Shown here: positions 42,302 through 53,590 of the stretch, piece by piece | Layout: every line of letters starts with the position of its first letter | Position numbering within the stretch: position 1 is the stretch's first letter | Assembly (NCBI GenBank): GCA_947630545.1 | Contig: CANRHX010000004.1 | Span: forward strand, 7,091-71,090 | Origin: an uncultured Clostridia bacterium | GTDB taxonomy: Bacteria; Bacillota; Clostridia; TANB77; CAG-508 | Length of the DNA: 64,000 bases | Direction of reading: 5' to 3' | Notes under the pieces: generated by a model | What the model was told of the DNA's origin: nothing | What the model saw: only the letters and a program-made list of their open reading frames with translations | Databases searched by the model: none | Made by a program: the position numbers and the translations under genes

Positions 42302-43618
42302 TTATTTATAATTAATTATTGCATGTCTTGTATCTTGAACAGCAGTATAGTTAGAAATAGCATATTTTTTACAATTAGTTTTATAAAGTGATTTTACTGC
42401 GTCATCCAAATTTAAATAAGCTTCTATTTTGTCAGGTGAAACTCCATTATTTTTTATACAAATTGCCATGTCATATGCCCTTGTTCCACTTGTTATAATT
42501 CTATTTACATTATTTAAATTTGAAAAATCTATGTCGTATATCCATGATACATCTGTTCCATCTGCTGATTTATCATTTAAAACGAATAACACATCTTTGG
42601 GGTCATTGTCTTCATTTACTAGTCTAAGGCTAACATTTGCACCTGTTGGATTTTTAGCTAAATTAATTGTAGTTTCGCTACCATTAATTACTAGTTTTTC
42701 TTGTCTACCATTGTTTAATTCAAATTCTTCTAAAGTTTGTTTTATATATTCAATATCTATGTTATATAAGCTAGCAACTGTTATTGCTGCAGCAAAGTTA
42801 TAAATACTATAAATACTGTTATAGTTTATTTTAAATGTATCATTTTTTATTTTAAATGTTTTATTTTCTAAATCTACATCTGTGATAAGTTTATATATTT
42901 CATTGTCTCCATAATTGCAATTTGGACATTTAAATTTTCCTATATGCGCATATTGATAATATTCATATTCTAATCTTGTACTACAAAATGGGCAGAATTT
43001 GCCTTCTCCTGCTTCTTTCATTTTATCTGTTGCATATTTATACTTGTCCACGCTAAAATAATATACATTTGAATTGTCTGGATTTGCTTGTCCTAGTCGT
43101 GCAACATTAGGGTCATCACTATTTAAAACTAAATTGCCATTATATGTTTTTAGAAATTCATTTATTTTTAATATTAATGTTTCTATTTCTCCAACTCTAT
43201 CCAATTGATCTCTAAAGAAGTCTAAAATAACTAAAGTGTCTAACTTTAATTTTTTAAAAACAACTGGTAAATAGCTTTCATCAACTTCTAAAGTTATAAA
43301 ATCTGCTTTTATTTTTCCTGTTAAAGTAGATTCTTTAGTTAATATTGATAAAATTCCTGTTTCCATGTTGTTTCCTTGTAGATTGCTTATTACGTTATAA
43401 TTTGCTTTTTTTAGAATGCTATTTATACTATTATTAGTCGTAGTTTTTCCGTTTGTTCCAACTACAGCAATTACTGGGCATTTTATTTTAAAGTATTTTA
43501 ACATGTTTTTATTTAATTTGTATGCAATTTTTCCTGGAAGGTTGCCTCCATTTTTCCCAGATATTTTTAATATAATAGTAACTATTTTTGTTATTAAAAT
43601 TGTAAAAAAACCTTTCAT
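42302..43618 (-). CDS. murT: Lipid II isoglutaminyl synthase, Mur ligase subunit
   Basis: GTNGKTTT, EVDE, FRDQLDRVGE, Zn ribbon CPFC/CPNC, AKNPTG and DVSWIYD; start moved to ATG 43618. Confidence 0.92.
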   Translation of the reverse strand: MKGFFTILITKIVTIILKISGKNGGNLPGKIAYKLNKNMLKYFKIKCPVIAVVGTNGKTTTNNSINSILKKANYNVISNLQGNNMETGILSILTKESTLTGKIKADFITLEVDESYLPVVFKKLKLDTLVILDFFRDQLDRVGEIETLILKINEFLKTYNGNLVLNSDDPNVARLGQANPDNSNVYYFSVDKYKYATDKMKEAGEGKFCPFCSTRLEYEYYQYAHIGKFKCPNCNYGDNEIYKLITDVDLENKTFKIKNDTFKINYNSIYSIYNFAAAITVASLYNIDIEYIKQTLEEFELNNGRQEKLVINGSETTINLAKNPTGANVSLRLVNEDNDPKDVLFVLNDKSADGTDVSWIYDIDFSNLNNVNRIITSGTRAYDMAICIKNNGVSPDKIEAYLNLDDAVKSLYKTNCKKYAISNYTAVQDTRHAIINYK

Positions 43619-43686
43619 ATTTATGCTCCACTTTTTTTGATACAGTATATAATAAAGGGTTGCTAAATGCAACCCTAAAATTAAAA

Positions 43687-45438
43687 TTATATTTTATATT
43701 TTTCTCTAACTTGATATTTAGTATGTAATAAATCATGTGCTTTATGACTTCCTGGATTTTCTAAAAACTCTTCATAAATTTTCTTAAGGACAGGGTTTTC
43801 ATGAGATTTTCTTATAGTACTTTTTTCATCTATAGAATACAAACAGTCTGCTCTAAGTTTTCTTACGTCGACATCCATACGTTCTTTAGAACTTTTTATT
43901 GGTTGACCTCCACCCATTATGCATCCACCAGGGCATGCCATAATTTCTACAAATTGATAATCTGCTTTTCCTTCTTTTATTTCATTCATAATTTTTTGTG
44001 CGTTTGCTAATCCACTAGCTGCAACAACTTTAATTTCTTTTCCTGCAATATTAACAGTTGCTCTTTTTATTCCTTTTCCTCCGCGAACTTCTTCAAAGTT
44101 GATTTCTTGTAAGTCTTCCCCTGTCAAAGTATCTTGTGCTGTTCTAAGAGCTGCTTCCATAACACCACCAGTTGTTCCAAATATTGCTCCTGCTCCTGTT
44201 GCTTCTCCCATAGGATTATCAAATTCTGAATCTTCTAATGAAGTAAAGTCTATATTTGCCTGTTTTATCATTCTAGCTAATTCTCTAGTTGTAATAACAC
44301 TGTCTACATCAAACATTCCATCATTTTGCATTTCTGTTCTTTGTCTTTCGAACTTTTTGGCAATACATGGCATAACAGAAACCACATATATATTTTTAGG
44401 ATCAATTCCTTCTTTTTGTGCATAATAAGTTTTTATAATTGCCCCAAACATTTCATGTGGAGATTTACAACTTGATAGATGTGCTAGTTGATCTGGATAG
44501 TTCATTTCAATATATTTTACCCATCCTGGACTACAAGATGTAATCATTGGTAAAGTTCCACCATTTTGCAATCTTTCTATAAGTTCATTTGCTTCTTCTA
44601 CTATTGTAAAATCTGCACCTGTATTTGTGTCGAATACTTTATCAAAGCCAAGTCTTTTTAAACTTGATACCATTTTACCTGTAACATTTGTACCTATTGG
44701 CATTCCAAATTCTTCTCCTAGAGCTGCTCTAACCGCAGGGGCTGTTTGAGCAACAACATATGTATCTGGATCTTTTAATTTTGCCCATACTTCTTTAATG
44801 CTTTCTTTTTCATGTAGTGCTCCTGTTGGGCAGTTTTGTATACACTGTCCACAGAAAGTACAGTTGACATCATTTAAGCTTTTATTTTCTACTGTTGAAA
44901 TACAAGATTCAAAACCTCTATTTATTGTGTCTATTGCTCCAACACCTTGAACTTTTTTACAAGTTGCCACACATCTTCTACATAAAACACATTTGTCAAA
45001 ATCTCTTACAATTGATGGAGATAAATCATCAATTTCATGCTCAACTTTTTCTCCTTCAAATTGAATGTCTGTCATATTGAATTGTTTTGCTAATGCCTGT
45101 AATTCACAATTTCCAGACCTTACGCAAGTTAAGCATTCTACTTTATGGTTTGAAATTATTAAGTCTAATACTACCCTTCTTGCTTCTAATACACTTGGTG
45201 TGTTTGTATGTACTACCATTCCTTCTTCGACTTTTTGAATGCATGATGTTGCAAATCCTCTTCTTCCTTCTACTTCAACAAGACAAACTCTACAATCTCC
45301 AACTTCATTTATTTTTTTTAGAAAGCATAATGTTGGTATGTCTATTCCAGCAAATCTTGCAGCTTCTAATATTGTACTACCTTGTGGTACACTTACTTTT
45401 TGATTATCTATTGTTAAATTTATTAAGTTGTTTTCCAT
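43687..45438 (-). CDS. hydA: [FeFe]-hydrogenase catalytic subunit (group A3-like)
   Basis: H-cluster motifs TSCSPGW, MPCIAKKFE and EIMACPGGCIMGGGQP; N-terminal FeS domains. Confidence 0.95.
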   Translation of the reverse strand: MENNLINLTIDNQKVSVPQGSTILEAARFAGIDIPTLCFLKKINEVGDCRVCLVEVEGRRGFATSCIQKVEEGMVVHTNTPSVLEARRVVLDLIISNHKVECLTCVRSGNCELQALAKQFNMTDIQFEGEKVEHEIDDLSPSIVRDFDKCVLCRRCVATCKKVQGVGAIDTINRGFESCISTVENKSLNDVNCTFCGQCIQNCPTGALHEKESIKEVWAKLKDPDTYVVAQTAPAVRAALGEEFGMPIGTNVTGKMVSSLKRLGFDKVFDTNTGADFTIVEEANELIERLQNGGTLPMITSCSPGWVKYIEMNYPDQLAHLSSCKSPHEMFGAIIKTYYAQKEGIDPKNIYVVSVMPCIAKKFERQRTEMQNDGMFDVDSVITTRELARMIKQANIDFTSLEDSEFDNPMGEATGAGAIFGTTGGVMEAALRTAQDTLTGEDLQEINFEEVRGGKGIKRATVNIAGKEIKVVAASGLANAQKIMNEIKEGKADYQFVEIMACPGGCIMGGGQPIKSSKERMDVDVRKLRADCLYSIDEKSTIRKSHENPVLKKIYEEFLENPGSHKAHDLLHTKYQVREKYKI

Positions 45439-45479
45439 TATCTTTCCTCCTTGATATTTTTTTCATTTTAATTATCCAA

Positions 45480-47345
45480 CTATCCTATTGCTTTAAATGG
45501 GCAACTAGCTAGACAAGTACCACATTTAATACATTTTTCTTGATTAATAGCTCTTTTTTCCCTTGCTTCTCCTTGAATTGCATTAACAGGACAAACTTTT
45601 TGGCATAGTCCACAGCTCTTACATTTTTCTGGATAAATTTCTATTTTAGAAATTGCTTTACACTCTTTTGTTCTACAGTTTTTATCAACTGCATGTTCTA
45701 TAAATTCATCTCTAAAATATTTAAGAGTACTAATTACTGGATTTGGTGCAGTTTGACCTAGTCCGCAAACACTTGATTTTATTATATTTTGAGCTAATAT
45801 TTCTAATTTCTCAATATCGGCTTCTTCACCTTTTCCGTTACAAAGTTTTTCTAGTATTTCTAACATTCTTTTTGTTCCAATTCTGCAAGGTGTACATTTT
45901 CCGCAACTTTCACTTACAGTGAATTCTAGGTAGAATTTAGATAGGTTAACCATACATTTTGTATCGTCCATTATAATCATTCCACCAGATCCCATCATTG
46001 AACCTATTTCTTTTAATGATTCATAATCTATTGGTGTGTCTAAGTATTGCTTTGGTATGCATCCACCTGATGGTCCACCAGTTTGAGCTGCTTTAAACTC
46101 TCTATTGTTTGGAATTCCGCCACCTATATCATATACTATCTCTCTTAATGTAGTTCCCATAGGTACTTCTACTAATCCTATGTTATTTACATTTCCACCT
46201 AAAGCAAATACTTTTGTTCCTTTTGATTTTTCTGTTCCAATTGATAAATACCACTCTGCTCCATTTAATATAATTCTTGTTACATTTGCATAAGTTTCAA
46301 CATTGTTAATTAATGTAGGTTTACCCCATAAGCCTGCTGCTGCTGGATATGGAGGCTTTACTCTTGGTTGACCACGTTTTCCTTCAATAGATTCTAGTAA
46401 AGCTGTTTCTTCTCCACATACGAAGGCTCCTGCACCTAAACGAATTTCTATATCAAAGTCAAATCCAGAATTAAATATATTTTTTCCAACTATTCCATAT
46501 TCTTTTGCTTGATCAATTGCTATTTGGAATCTTTTTACTGCTATTGGATATTCTGCTCTTACATAAATGCATCCTTTGTTTGCTCCAATACAATATGCAG
46601 CAATCATCATTGCTTCTAGTACGCTATGAGGATCTCCTTCTAGTATACTTCTATCCATGAATGCTCCTGGGTCACCTTCGTCAGCATTGCATACAACGTA
46701 TTTTTGATCTGCTTCGTTTGCTTTAGTAAGTTCCCATTTTTTACCTGTTGGGAAACCTGCTCCTCCACGTCCTCTTAGACCAGATTTTGAAATTACATCT
46801 ATTACTTCTTCTGGTGTCATTTCTTTTAATACTTTTTCTAATGCCTTGTAACCGTCAAATGCTATGTATTCATCTATATTTTCTGGGTCTATAACACCAC
46901 AGTTTTTTAATGCAATTCTTTTTTGTTTTTTATAAAAACTTAATTCGTCTAAACTTTGAGCTTTTTTTCCATCAATGTCTTTGCAAAGTAATCTTGTAAC
47001 TACTTCTCCTTCAATGATGTGTTTTTGTATAATCTCTTCACAATCTGATGGTTTTACCATTGCATAAAATGTATCTTCTGGTCTTATTATTACTATTGGT
47101 CCTTTTGCACATAAACCAAAACATCCTGTTTTTATTACTCTTACATTTTCTATGTTTTTTTCTTTTATAATTTTTCTAAATGTTTCTAATATTTTTGGTG
47201 AATCAGATGATGTACAACCTGTTCCATGACATACTAGTATATGTTTTTCCCTTGTATCTGATTTTGTATTTACGCGTAAATCTAGTTCTTTTCTTTTTTC
47301 TTCTCTTATTTTTTGAATTTCTTCAAGTGTTTTCATATCTATCAA
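45480..47345 (-). CDS. hydB: NuoF-like diaphorase subunit of a bifurcating hydrogenase
   Basis: SGLRGRGGAGFPTG, CNADEGDPGAFMDR, ESCGKCTPCR and C-terminal 2x[4Fe-4S]. Confidence 0.93.
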   Translation of the reverse strand: MIDMKTLEEIQKIREEKRKELDLRVNTKSDTREKHILVCHGTGCTSSDSPKILETFRKIIKEKNIENVRVIKTGCFGLCAKGPIVIIRPEDTFYAMVKPSDCEEIIQKHIIEGEVVTRLLCKDIDGKKAQSLDELSFYKKQKRIALKNCGVIDPENIDEYIAFDGYKALEKVLKEMTPEEVIDVISKSGLRGRGGAGFPTGKKWELTKANEADQKYVVCNADEGDPGAFMDRSILEGDPHSVLEAMMIAAYCIGANKGCIYVRAEYPIAVKRFQIAIDQAKEYGIVGKNIFNSGFDFDIEIRLGAGAFVCGEETALLESIEGKRGQPRVKPPYPAAAGLWGKPTLINNVETYANVTRIILNGAEWYLSIGTEKSKGTKVFALGGNVNNIGLVEVPMGTTLREIVYDIGGGIPNNREFKAAQTGGPSGGCIPKQYLDTPIDYESLKEIGSMMGSGGMIIMDDTKCMVNLSKFYLEFTVSESCGKCTPCRIGTKRMLEILEKLCNGKGEEADIEKLEILAQNIIKSSVCGLGQTAPNPVISTLKYFRDEFIEHAVDKNCRTKECKAISKIEIYPEKCKSCGLCQKVCPVNAIQGEAREKRAINQEKCIKCGTCLASCPFKAIG

Positions 47346-47386
47346 TTCCTTTCTTGTGTCTTATTTATGTACTTTTCGACACATTT

Positions 47387-47875
47387 TTAGTTTTCTGCAT
47401 CTAATTCATCTAAAACTTGGTCTAACATTTTAACTGTAGCTTTTCCGTAAACTTTTCCATTTATGGTAAACACTGGTGCTAAACCACATGCTCCAACACA
47501 TCTTTGTGCTTCTATTGAGTATTTTCCGTCTTCTGTTGTTTCTCCCTCATTTATTTTTAGTCTTTCTTGTAATCTGTCCATTATTTTTTGGGCACCTTTA
47601 ACATAGCATGCTGTGCCTAAACATACTGATATACTGTATTTTCCTTTTGGTTTTAATGAAAATCTTGAATAAAATGTTACTACTCCATAAATTTCTGCCA
47701 TTGGCATATTTAAAAACTCTGAAAGTTGTTGTTGAACGTCCATTGGTACATAACCATAGTGTTCTTGAATTTCGTTTAACATCTGAATTAAATTATCTTT
47801 GATTGGTAAATATGTTTTAAATAATTCGTCTAAAAATTTGTCCTTGCATTTACATTCTTTCTTTTTATCTTCCAT
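47387..47875 (-). CDS. hydC: NuoE-like [2Fe-2S] subunit of a bifurcating hydrogenase
   Basis: GVVTFY, CLGTACYVKG and CVGACGLAP motifs. Confidence 0.93.
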   Translation of the reverse strand: MEDKKKECKCKDKFLDELFKTYLPIKDNLIQMLNEIQEHYGYVPMDVQQQLSEFLNMPMAEIYGVVTFYSRFSLKPKGKYSISVCLGTACYVKGAQKIMDRLQERLKINEGETTEDGKYSIEAQRCVGACGLAPVFTINGKVYGKATVKMLDQVLDELDAEN

Positions 47876-47963
47876 TATACCTCTCCTTATTTTAATATAT
47901 TTTATTTGATAACTTTATATTATATTTTTATGCGAAATTTGTCAATTGTTTATAAATTTTTAA

Positions 47964-47992
47964 TTGAATTATTATATAAAATATGTTATAAT
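47964..47992 (+). promoter_or_regulatory. Sigma-A promoter of ORFan 48025
   Basis: TTGAAT, 17 bp, TATAAT with TG extension. Confidence 0.6.
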
Positions 47993-48024
47993 TTATATAA
48001 TTTTTTATGAAAGGATGGATGAAT

Positions 48025-48234
48025 ATGTCCAAAAAGAAAATTACTAGAAAAGGCGAAAAACCTTACCCCAAAAGTAATCGGTCAGGCAATGCAACCTTAG
48101 TTATAAGCCAGGCATACGGCGACAATTGGGCTGAAAATTTCTCTAAACAGATTCAGCAAGAATGGGCTCACGATCACTCAGAATCTACTGATGAGACTTC
48201 AACCAATGCAAGTGTCAACGAAAATAGCAGTTAG
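48025..48234 (+). CDS. GC-richer small ORFan (basic N-terminus, acidic C-terminus)
   Basis: GAAAGGATGGA RBS; MSKKKITRKGEKPYPK...; promoter and terminator present. Confidence 0.55.
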   Translation: MSKKKITRKGEKPYPKSNRSGNATLVISQAYGDNWAENFSKQIQQEWAHDHSESTDETSTNASVNENSS

Positions 48235-48264
48235 GATAATTTCGAGGGCAATTAAACATCCGAA

Positions 48265-48302
48265 GAGCCTCTGGGTTATATATACCTAGAGGCTCAATTT
48301 TT
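48265..48302. terminator. Hairpin terminator between ORFan 48025 and uvrA
   Basis: gagcctctgggt-loop-acctagaggctc. Confidence 0.75.
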
Positions 48303-51133
48303 TATTTTAAATATTTTTTTAAGAATTGACCTGTATAACTTTCTGGCACTTTGCAAATTTCCTCTGGAGTTCCAGTTGCAACAACAGTTCCACCAGCATC
48401 TCCACCTTCTGGTCCTAAATCTACTATATAATCGCAAGTTTTAATTAAATCTAGATTATGTTCAATAACGATAATGGTATTTCCAGTATCAACAAGTCTT
48501 TGTAAAATATTAACTAATCTATGAACATCTGCTATATGAAGACCTGTAGTAGGTTCATCTAATATATATAATGTTTTCCCAGTTGCTTTTTTAGAAAGCT
48601 CTGTAGCAAGTTTTACTCTTTGAGCTTCACCTCCTGAAAGTGTTGTTGAAGGTTGTCCAAGTTTTATATAGCCAAGTCCAACATCATAAAGAGTTTGAAT
48701 TTTATTTTTTATCTTTGGAATTTTATCAAAAAATTGTAATGCTTCTTCTACAGTCATGTCTAAAACATCAGCAATATTTTTTCCTTTATATTTTACTTCC
48801 AAAGTTTCTCTATTATAGCGTTTTCCTTTACATACTTCACAAGGTACATAAATATCTGGTAAAAAGTGCATTTCTATTTTGTGTACACCATCACCGTTAC
48901 AGCTTTCACATCTTCCTCCAGGTACATTGAAACTGAATCTTCCTTTTTGATATCCACGAACCTTCGCTTCTTCTGTTTGTGTAAATATATCTCTTATTAA
49001 ATCGAATACTCCTGTATATGTTGCAGGATTTGAGCGTGGAGTTCTTCCAATTGGAGATTGATCAATATCTATTATTTTATCTATGTTCTCTAAACCCTTT
49101 ATAGCTTTACACTTACCTGGTTTTTCATTTGAACCATTTATTTCTTTTGCAACTGTTTTATATAATACTTCATTTACTAATGTTGATTTTCCTGAACCAG
49201 ATACTCCTGTTACGCAAGTAAATACACTTAAAGGGAATTTTACATCTATATTTTTTAAATTATTTTCAGTTGCTCCCTTTATTTCAATTGCTTTGGATTT
49301 TACTATTTTTCTTCTATTTTTTGGAACTTCTATTTTTTTCTTTCCACTTAAATATTGTCCAGTAATAGATTCTTCAACTTTCATTACTTCTTTAGCTGTT
49401 CCTTGTGCCATGACATAACCACCATGTGTTCCTGCTCCTGGTCCAATGTCTATAATTTGATCTGCTGCATACATAGTATCTTCATCATGCTCTACTACTA
49501 GCAAGGTATTTCCTAAGTCTCTTAATTTTTTTAATGTAGCTAACAATTTATCGTTATCTCTTTGATGAAGTCCTATGCTTGGTTCATCTAATATATAAAG
49601 AACTCCTGTTAAACCTGAGCCTATTTGAGTAGCTAAACGTATACGTTGTGCTTCTCCTCCAGATAAAGTCCCCGCACTTCTTGATAATGTTAAATATTCC
49701 AAACCGACATCTATTAAAAATTGAAGTCTAGCATCTATTTCTTTTAGTATCATTTCTGCAATCATAGCTTTTTGCTTTGTAAGTTTTAATTTATTTAGAT
49801 ACTCCTTCATTTTGTTAATAGACATATCTGTTAATTCGTTTATGTTTTTAGTTCCAATTTTTATTGATAATATTTCTTTTTTTAGTCTTGCACCATTACA
49901 TGTAGGACAATGTGAATTGCTCATATACATTTCATAAAAATCTCTCATTCCTTGAGATTTAGTCTCACTATGACGTCTATCTAAAGTTGGTAAAACTCCT
50001 TCAAAAGGAGCTTTAAATTTTCTTACTCCTGCATATGATTCATACTCGAAGTCTATTTCTTCATCACCTGTACCATAAAGTATTTTTTCTAAAAAACATC
50101 TTGGCAAATCCTTTATTTTTTTATTTTTTATATCAACTCCATAATGTTTTCCTACGCTTTCAAAATACATTTTTGCCATGGTATCTCCACGTTTCATTGT
50201 ACTAGCTCCAAAAGCTTTTACTCCATCGTATAGTGTTTTGTTTTTATCTGGAATTATTAAATCCTCATCCATTTTCATTAAAAATCCTATTCCCATACAC
50301 GTTGGACATGCTCCAAATGGATTATTAAATGAAAACATTCTAGGTGTTAATTCTGGGAAACTAAATCCACAATCAGGACATGCATAATTGCAACTATACA
50401 AAACAGGTTTTTTACCTTGAATATCTATTAAAACCATATTTTCAGCATGCTTTAAGGCAACTTCTACGGATTCTGTTAGCCTACCTACAATATCTGGTTT
50501 TATAACTAGCCTATCAACAATCAACTCTATTTCATGTTTCTTTTTTCTATCTATTTGAATTTCGTCTTCTCCTAGTTCATAAAGTTCACCATCAACCCTA
50601 ACTCTTACAAATCCTTCCTTCTGATATTCCTCTAGTTGTTTTGTAAATTCACCTTTTCTTCCTCTTACAACTGGAGCTAAAACTTGAATTTTAGTTCCTT
50701 CATCTAATGCCATGATGTTATCTATTATTTGATCAATTGATTGTCTTTCTATTTTTGTACCACAGTTTGGACAATATGGTACTCCAATTCTTGCATATAA
50801 TAAACGAATATAATCATATATTTCTGTAACAGTTCCAACAGTTGACCTTGGATTTTTTGATGTTGTTTTTTGATCTATAGAAATAGCAGGACTAAGCCCT
50901 TCTATAGATTGAACATTTGGCTTTTCCATTAGTCCTAAAAACTGCCTTGCATATGAAGATAGACTTTCAACATATCTTCTTTGCCCTTCTGCATATAGTG
51001 TATCAAAAGCTAAGCTAGATTTGCCAGAACCAGAAAGCCCTGTAATTACAACCAGTTTATCTCTTGGAATTTCTATATCTATATTTTTTAGATTATGTTC
51101 CTTTGCCCCTTTTATTACTATTTTATCGTTCAT
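48302..51133 (-). CDS. uvrA: Excinuclease ABC subunit A
   Basis: [26 protein letters not shown], two LSGGEAQR signatures, Zn fingers; start moved to ATG 51133. Confidence 0.97.
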   Translation of the reverse strand: MNDKIVIKGAKEHNLKNIDIEIPRDKLVVITGLSGSGKSSLAFDTLYAEGQRRYVESLSSYARQFLGLMEKPNVQSIEGLSPAISIDQKTTSKNPRSTVGTVTEIYDYIRLLYARIGVPYCPNCGTKIERQSIDQIIDNIMALDEGTKIQVLAPVVRGRKGEFTKQLEEYQKEGFVRVRVDGELYELGEDEIQIDRKKKHEIELIVDRLVIKPDIVGRLTESVEVALKHAENMVLIDIQGKKPVLYSCNYACPDCGFSFPELTPRMFSFNNPFGACPTCMGIGFLMKMDEDLIIPDKNKTLYDGVKAFGASTMKRGDTMAKMYFESVGKHYGVDIKNKKIKDLPRCFLEKILYGTGDEEIDFEYESYAGVRKFKAPFEGVLPTLDRRHSETKSQGMRDFYEMYMSNSHCPTCNGARLKKEILSIKIGTKNINELTDMSINKMKEYLNKLKLTKQKAMIAEMILKEIDARLQFLIDVGLEYLTLSRSAGTLSGGEAQRIRLATQIGSGLTGVLYILDEPSIGLHQRDNDKLLATLKKLRDLGNTLLVVEHDEDTMYAADQIIDIGPGAGTHGGYVMAQGTAKEVMKVEESITGQYLSGKKKIEVPKNRRKIVKSKAIEIKGATENNLKNIDVKFPLSVFTCVTGVSGSGKSTLVNEVLYKTVAKEINGSNEKPGKCKAIKGLENIDKIIDIDQSPIGRTPRSNPATYTGVFDLIRDIFTQTEEAKVRGYQKGRFSFNVPGGRCESCNGDGVHKIEMHFLPDIYVPCEVCKGKRYNRETLEVKYKGKNIADVLDMTVEEALQFFDKIPKIKNKIQTLYDVGLGYIKLGQPSTTLSGGEAQRVKLATELSKKATGKTLYILDEPTTGLHIADVHRLVNILQRLVDTGNTIIVIEHNLDLIKTCDYIVDLGPEGGDAGGTVVATGTPEEICKVPESYTGQFLKKYLK

Positions 51134-51155
51134 TAATATTCCCCCAATAAATTTT

Positions 51156-51254
51156 TGTGTCATCGGTTCCGGGTTTGATTGACACATTTTGTGTCATCGG
51201 TTCCGGGTTTGATTGACACATTTTGTGTCATTGGTTCCGGGTTTGGTTGACACA
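51156..51254. repeat. Palindromic repeat family, tandem triplet with 34-bp period in the uvrA 5' UTR
   Basis: Units start at 51157, 51191 and 51225. Confidence 0.97.
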
Positions 51255-51262
51255 CTCAACAT

Positions 51263-51291
51263 ATTATACACTTTTTAATTAATTTTATCAA
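51263..51291 (-). promoter_or_regulatory. Sigma-A promoter of uvrA
   Basis: TTGATA (51291-51286), 17 bp, TATAAT (51268-51263). Confidence 0.65.
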
Positions 51292-51297
51292 TATTTT

Positions 51298-51326
51298 TTG
51301 CCTTTTTCAGATAAGTATGTTATAAT
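51298..51326 (+). promoter_or_regulatory. Sigma-A promoter of ORFan 51421
   Basis: TTGCCT, 17 bp, TATAAT with TG extension. Confidence 0.6.
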
Positions 51327-51420
51327 TAATTTATGGCTAAATGTTTTATTTGGTCGTCCTCAAGGCAATTTGAGGGGTAAGCCTCGTGAGGCAAAAAACT
51401 ATAGAAAGGATTGACTTCCA

Positions 51421-51663
51421 ATGTTCCACTCCGTCAATACCGAAAGTTTTATCAGAACTTTTGGTGATGCCCTTACTCCGGAGAATATTCAGACGATTGA
51501 CATTAATGAATACGTCTGCATTATGCAGACTATCATTGAAGATGATCTCCCTGTCACAATTCTTGGAGAAAGGAACCGCAATTTCGCCCTGGCCATAGAA
51601 AAGCCAGGTGTAGAAATTGAGCAGTATCCTGGCAAGAACATCTTTGTGTTCTACCAGTACTAA
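51421..51663 (+). CDS. GC-richer 80-aa ORFan
   Basis: AGAAAGGA RBS; own promoter, structured leader and terminator 51681-51717. Confidence 0.6.
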   Translation: MFHSVNTESFIRTFGDALTPENIQTIDINEYVCIMQTIIEDDLPVTILGERNRNFALAIEKPGVEIEQYPGKNIFVFYQY

Positions 51664-51680
51664 TCTCAATTGCTTTAGGG

Positions 51681-51717
51681 CAAACAGGTCTAGATTTTAT
51701 GTCTGACCTGTTTTTTT
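51681..51717 (+). terminator. Rho-independent terminator
   Basis: aaacaggtc...gacctgttttttt. Confidence 0.75.
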
Positions 51718-51773
51718 ATCTTGAATATCTTAATAAAATATGCTATTATATATTGACAAAGGAGGTTACAGCT

Positions 51774-53501
51774 ATGGCATTTGATGGAATAACGACAAAG
51801 GTAATAGCAGATGAGTTACAAACTCTTGCCGGTAGTAGAATAGATAAAATATTTCAACCTAACAAAAATGAAATTGTTATAGGTCTTTATTTAGATGGAA
51901 AAAATTATGCCTTAAATATTTCTATAGATGCTCAAAATTACAGGATTAATTTAACCACTCATTCTAAAGCAAATCCACAAGTTGCTCCTAATTTTTGCAT
52001 GCTACTTAGAAAACATTTAATAGGTCTTAAACTTAAAAATGTTATTGCATCAAATTTGGAGCGCTTAGTTATTCTTGAAATTGAAGGATTTGATGAATTT
52101 GAAGATATTATTTCTAAAAAACTGGTAATTGAACTTATGGGTAAACATGGAAATATTATTTTAATAGATGAATCAAATATTATTATAGATAGTCTCCGCC
52201 ATATAAAAAGTGAAGATAATTCTAACAGAAATATACTTCCGCATACAAAATATCAATTTCCTACAAGTACAAAAATTAATTTTTTAGATGTTAAAAATTA
52301 TGATGATTTTAAATCAAATTTACCTATTGAAATTTCTATTACAAATATATCACAGGAAATTTCAAATACATATAATGGATTATCTAAAATTTTTATTGAG
52401 AATATTATTAGAACTTTGAATATTAAAAATTTAGATGATAACAGTTTAGAAAAAATATATAACTATATAAATTCAATAGTACAGAAAACATCTTCTGAAA
52501 ATCTTTATTTTAAAATTATTGAGATTGAAGCAAATAACAAAATAAAAAAAGACTATTTTTTGTGTGAGGGAAATTCAAATTCTTTTGCTTTTAGCTTGAA
52601 TTTTTTCATTGATGATTTTTATTATAATAAAGAATCTTCAGAAAATTTCAAATCATATCGTGATACAACCTTAAAGTTAATTTTAGATGTGCTAAAAAAA
52701 TACAAGACAAGACTTTTGAACATTAATTCTAAATTAAAAGAATGTGAAAATATGGATACATATAAACTTTATGGAGAACTTATTACTGCTAATTTGTATA
52801 GAATTGAAAATAAAAATTTGGAAAGTGTTACTGTAGAAAATTATTATGATAACAACAATTTAATTACTATTCCTCTTGATAAAAAGTATATACCAAGTAT
52901 TAATGCGAAAAAGTTTTTCAAAAAATATAACAAATTAAAAAATACTTTAGAAATTGTTGGTATTCAAAAACAAGAAACACTACAAGAATTAGACTATTTA
53001 GAAAGTATTGTATATGAATTGGAAAATGCTTCATCTATAGAAGAAGTTGCTCAAATTTTTGATGAAATCTCTGAAAATGTGTTATTTAAAGATACCATTG
53101 GTAAGAAACAAAAATTTTCTAAAATGAAAAAGTCCAAACTAACTAAAAATAAGGAAGTTTCATTTAATCCTATAAAATATACTTTTGATGGTTTTACAGT
53201 TTTAGTTGGAAGAAATAATAAAGAAAATGATTATTTGACTTTAAAATATGCAAATAAATCTGATTTATGGTTTCACACTAAAGATATTCATGGAAGTCAT
53301 GTTATATTAAAGACTACTGGTGAAAATATTGATGATAGTATTTTGTATAAATGTGCTCAATTAGCAGTAAAGCATAGTAAAGCAAAACATTCTTCTAATG
53401 TTCCTGTTGACTATTGCCAAGTGAAATATGTAAAAAAACCTAATGGTGCAAAACCTGGTATGGTTATTTACACTACTAATAAGACTATTTTTGTAAAATA
53501 A
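51774..53501 (+). CDS. rqcH: Ribosome quality control protein RqcH (FbpA/NFACT family)
   Basis: MAFDG, FCMLLRKHL, ELMGKHGNIIL, GRNNKENDYLT, WFHTKDIHGSHV and KPGMVIY; AGGAGG RBS before ATG 51774. Confidence 0.92.
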   Translation: MAFDGITTKVIADELQTLAGSRIDKIFQPNKNEIVIGLYLDGKNYALNISIDAQNYRINLTTHSKANPQVAPNFCMLLRKHLIGLKLKNVIASNLERLVILEIEGFDEFEDIISKKLVIELMGKHGNIILIDESNIIIDSLRHIKSEDNSNRNILPHTKYQFPTSTKINFLDVKNYDDFKSNLPIEISITNISQEISNTYNGLSKIFIENIIRTLNIKNLDDNSLEKIYNYINSIVQKTSSENLYFKIIEIEANNKIKKDYFLCEGNSNSFAFSLNFFIDDFYYNKESSENFKSYRDTTLKLILDVLKKYKTRLLNINSKLKECENMDTYKLYGELITANLYRIENKNLESVTVENYYDNNNLITIPLDKKYIPSINAKKFFKKYNKLKNTLEIVGIQKQETLQELDYLESIVYELENASSIEEVAQIFDEISENVLFKDTIGKKQKFSKMKKSKLTKNKEVSFNPIKYTFDGFTVLVGRNNKENDYLTLKYANKSDLWFHTKDIHGSHVILKTTGENIDDSILYKCAQLAVKHSKAKHSSNVPVDYCQVKYVKKPNGAKPGMVIYTTNKTIFVK

Positions 53502-53590
53502 AAATTGGAAAGCTATCTCATACCATGATAACTTCCCTAAAATAAAAAAATTATATTAAATGGCTCAAAAACCCTTTAATATAATTTTTT

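Noticed and set aside
51134..51187. N-terminal extensions [12 protein letters not shown] on UvrA and [12 protein letters not shown] on AddA in the ORF track
   Set aside because: They are translations of the repeat unit; good RBSs precede the downstream ATGs at 51133 and 58316
51156..51254. Tandem 34-bp palindromic units as a CRISPR array (also 1640 and 58331)
   Set aside because: Units abut with no unique spacers, the same unit is scattered in inverted doublets, and there are no cas genes in the window
51346..51669. Antisense and alternative-frame ORFs over the ORFan, and the many short ORFs antisense to core genes
   Set aside because: They lack RBS or promoter support and are shadows of the real genes
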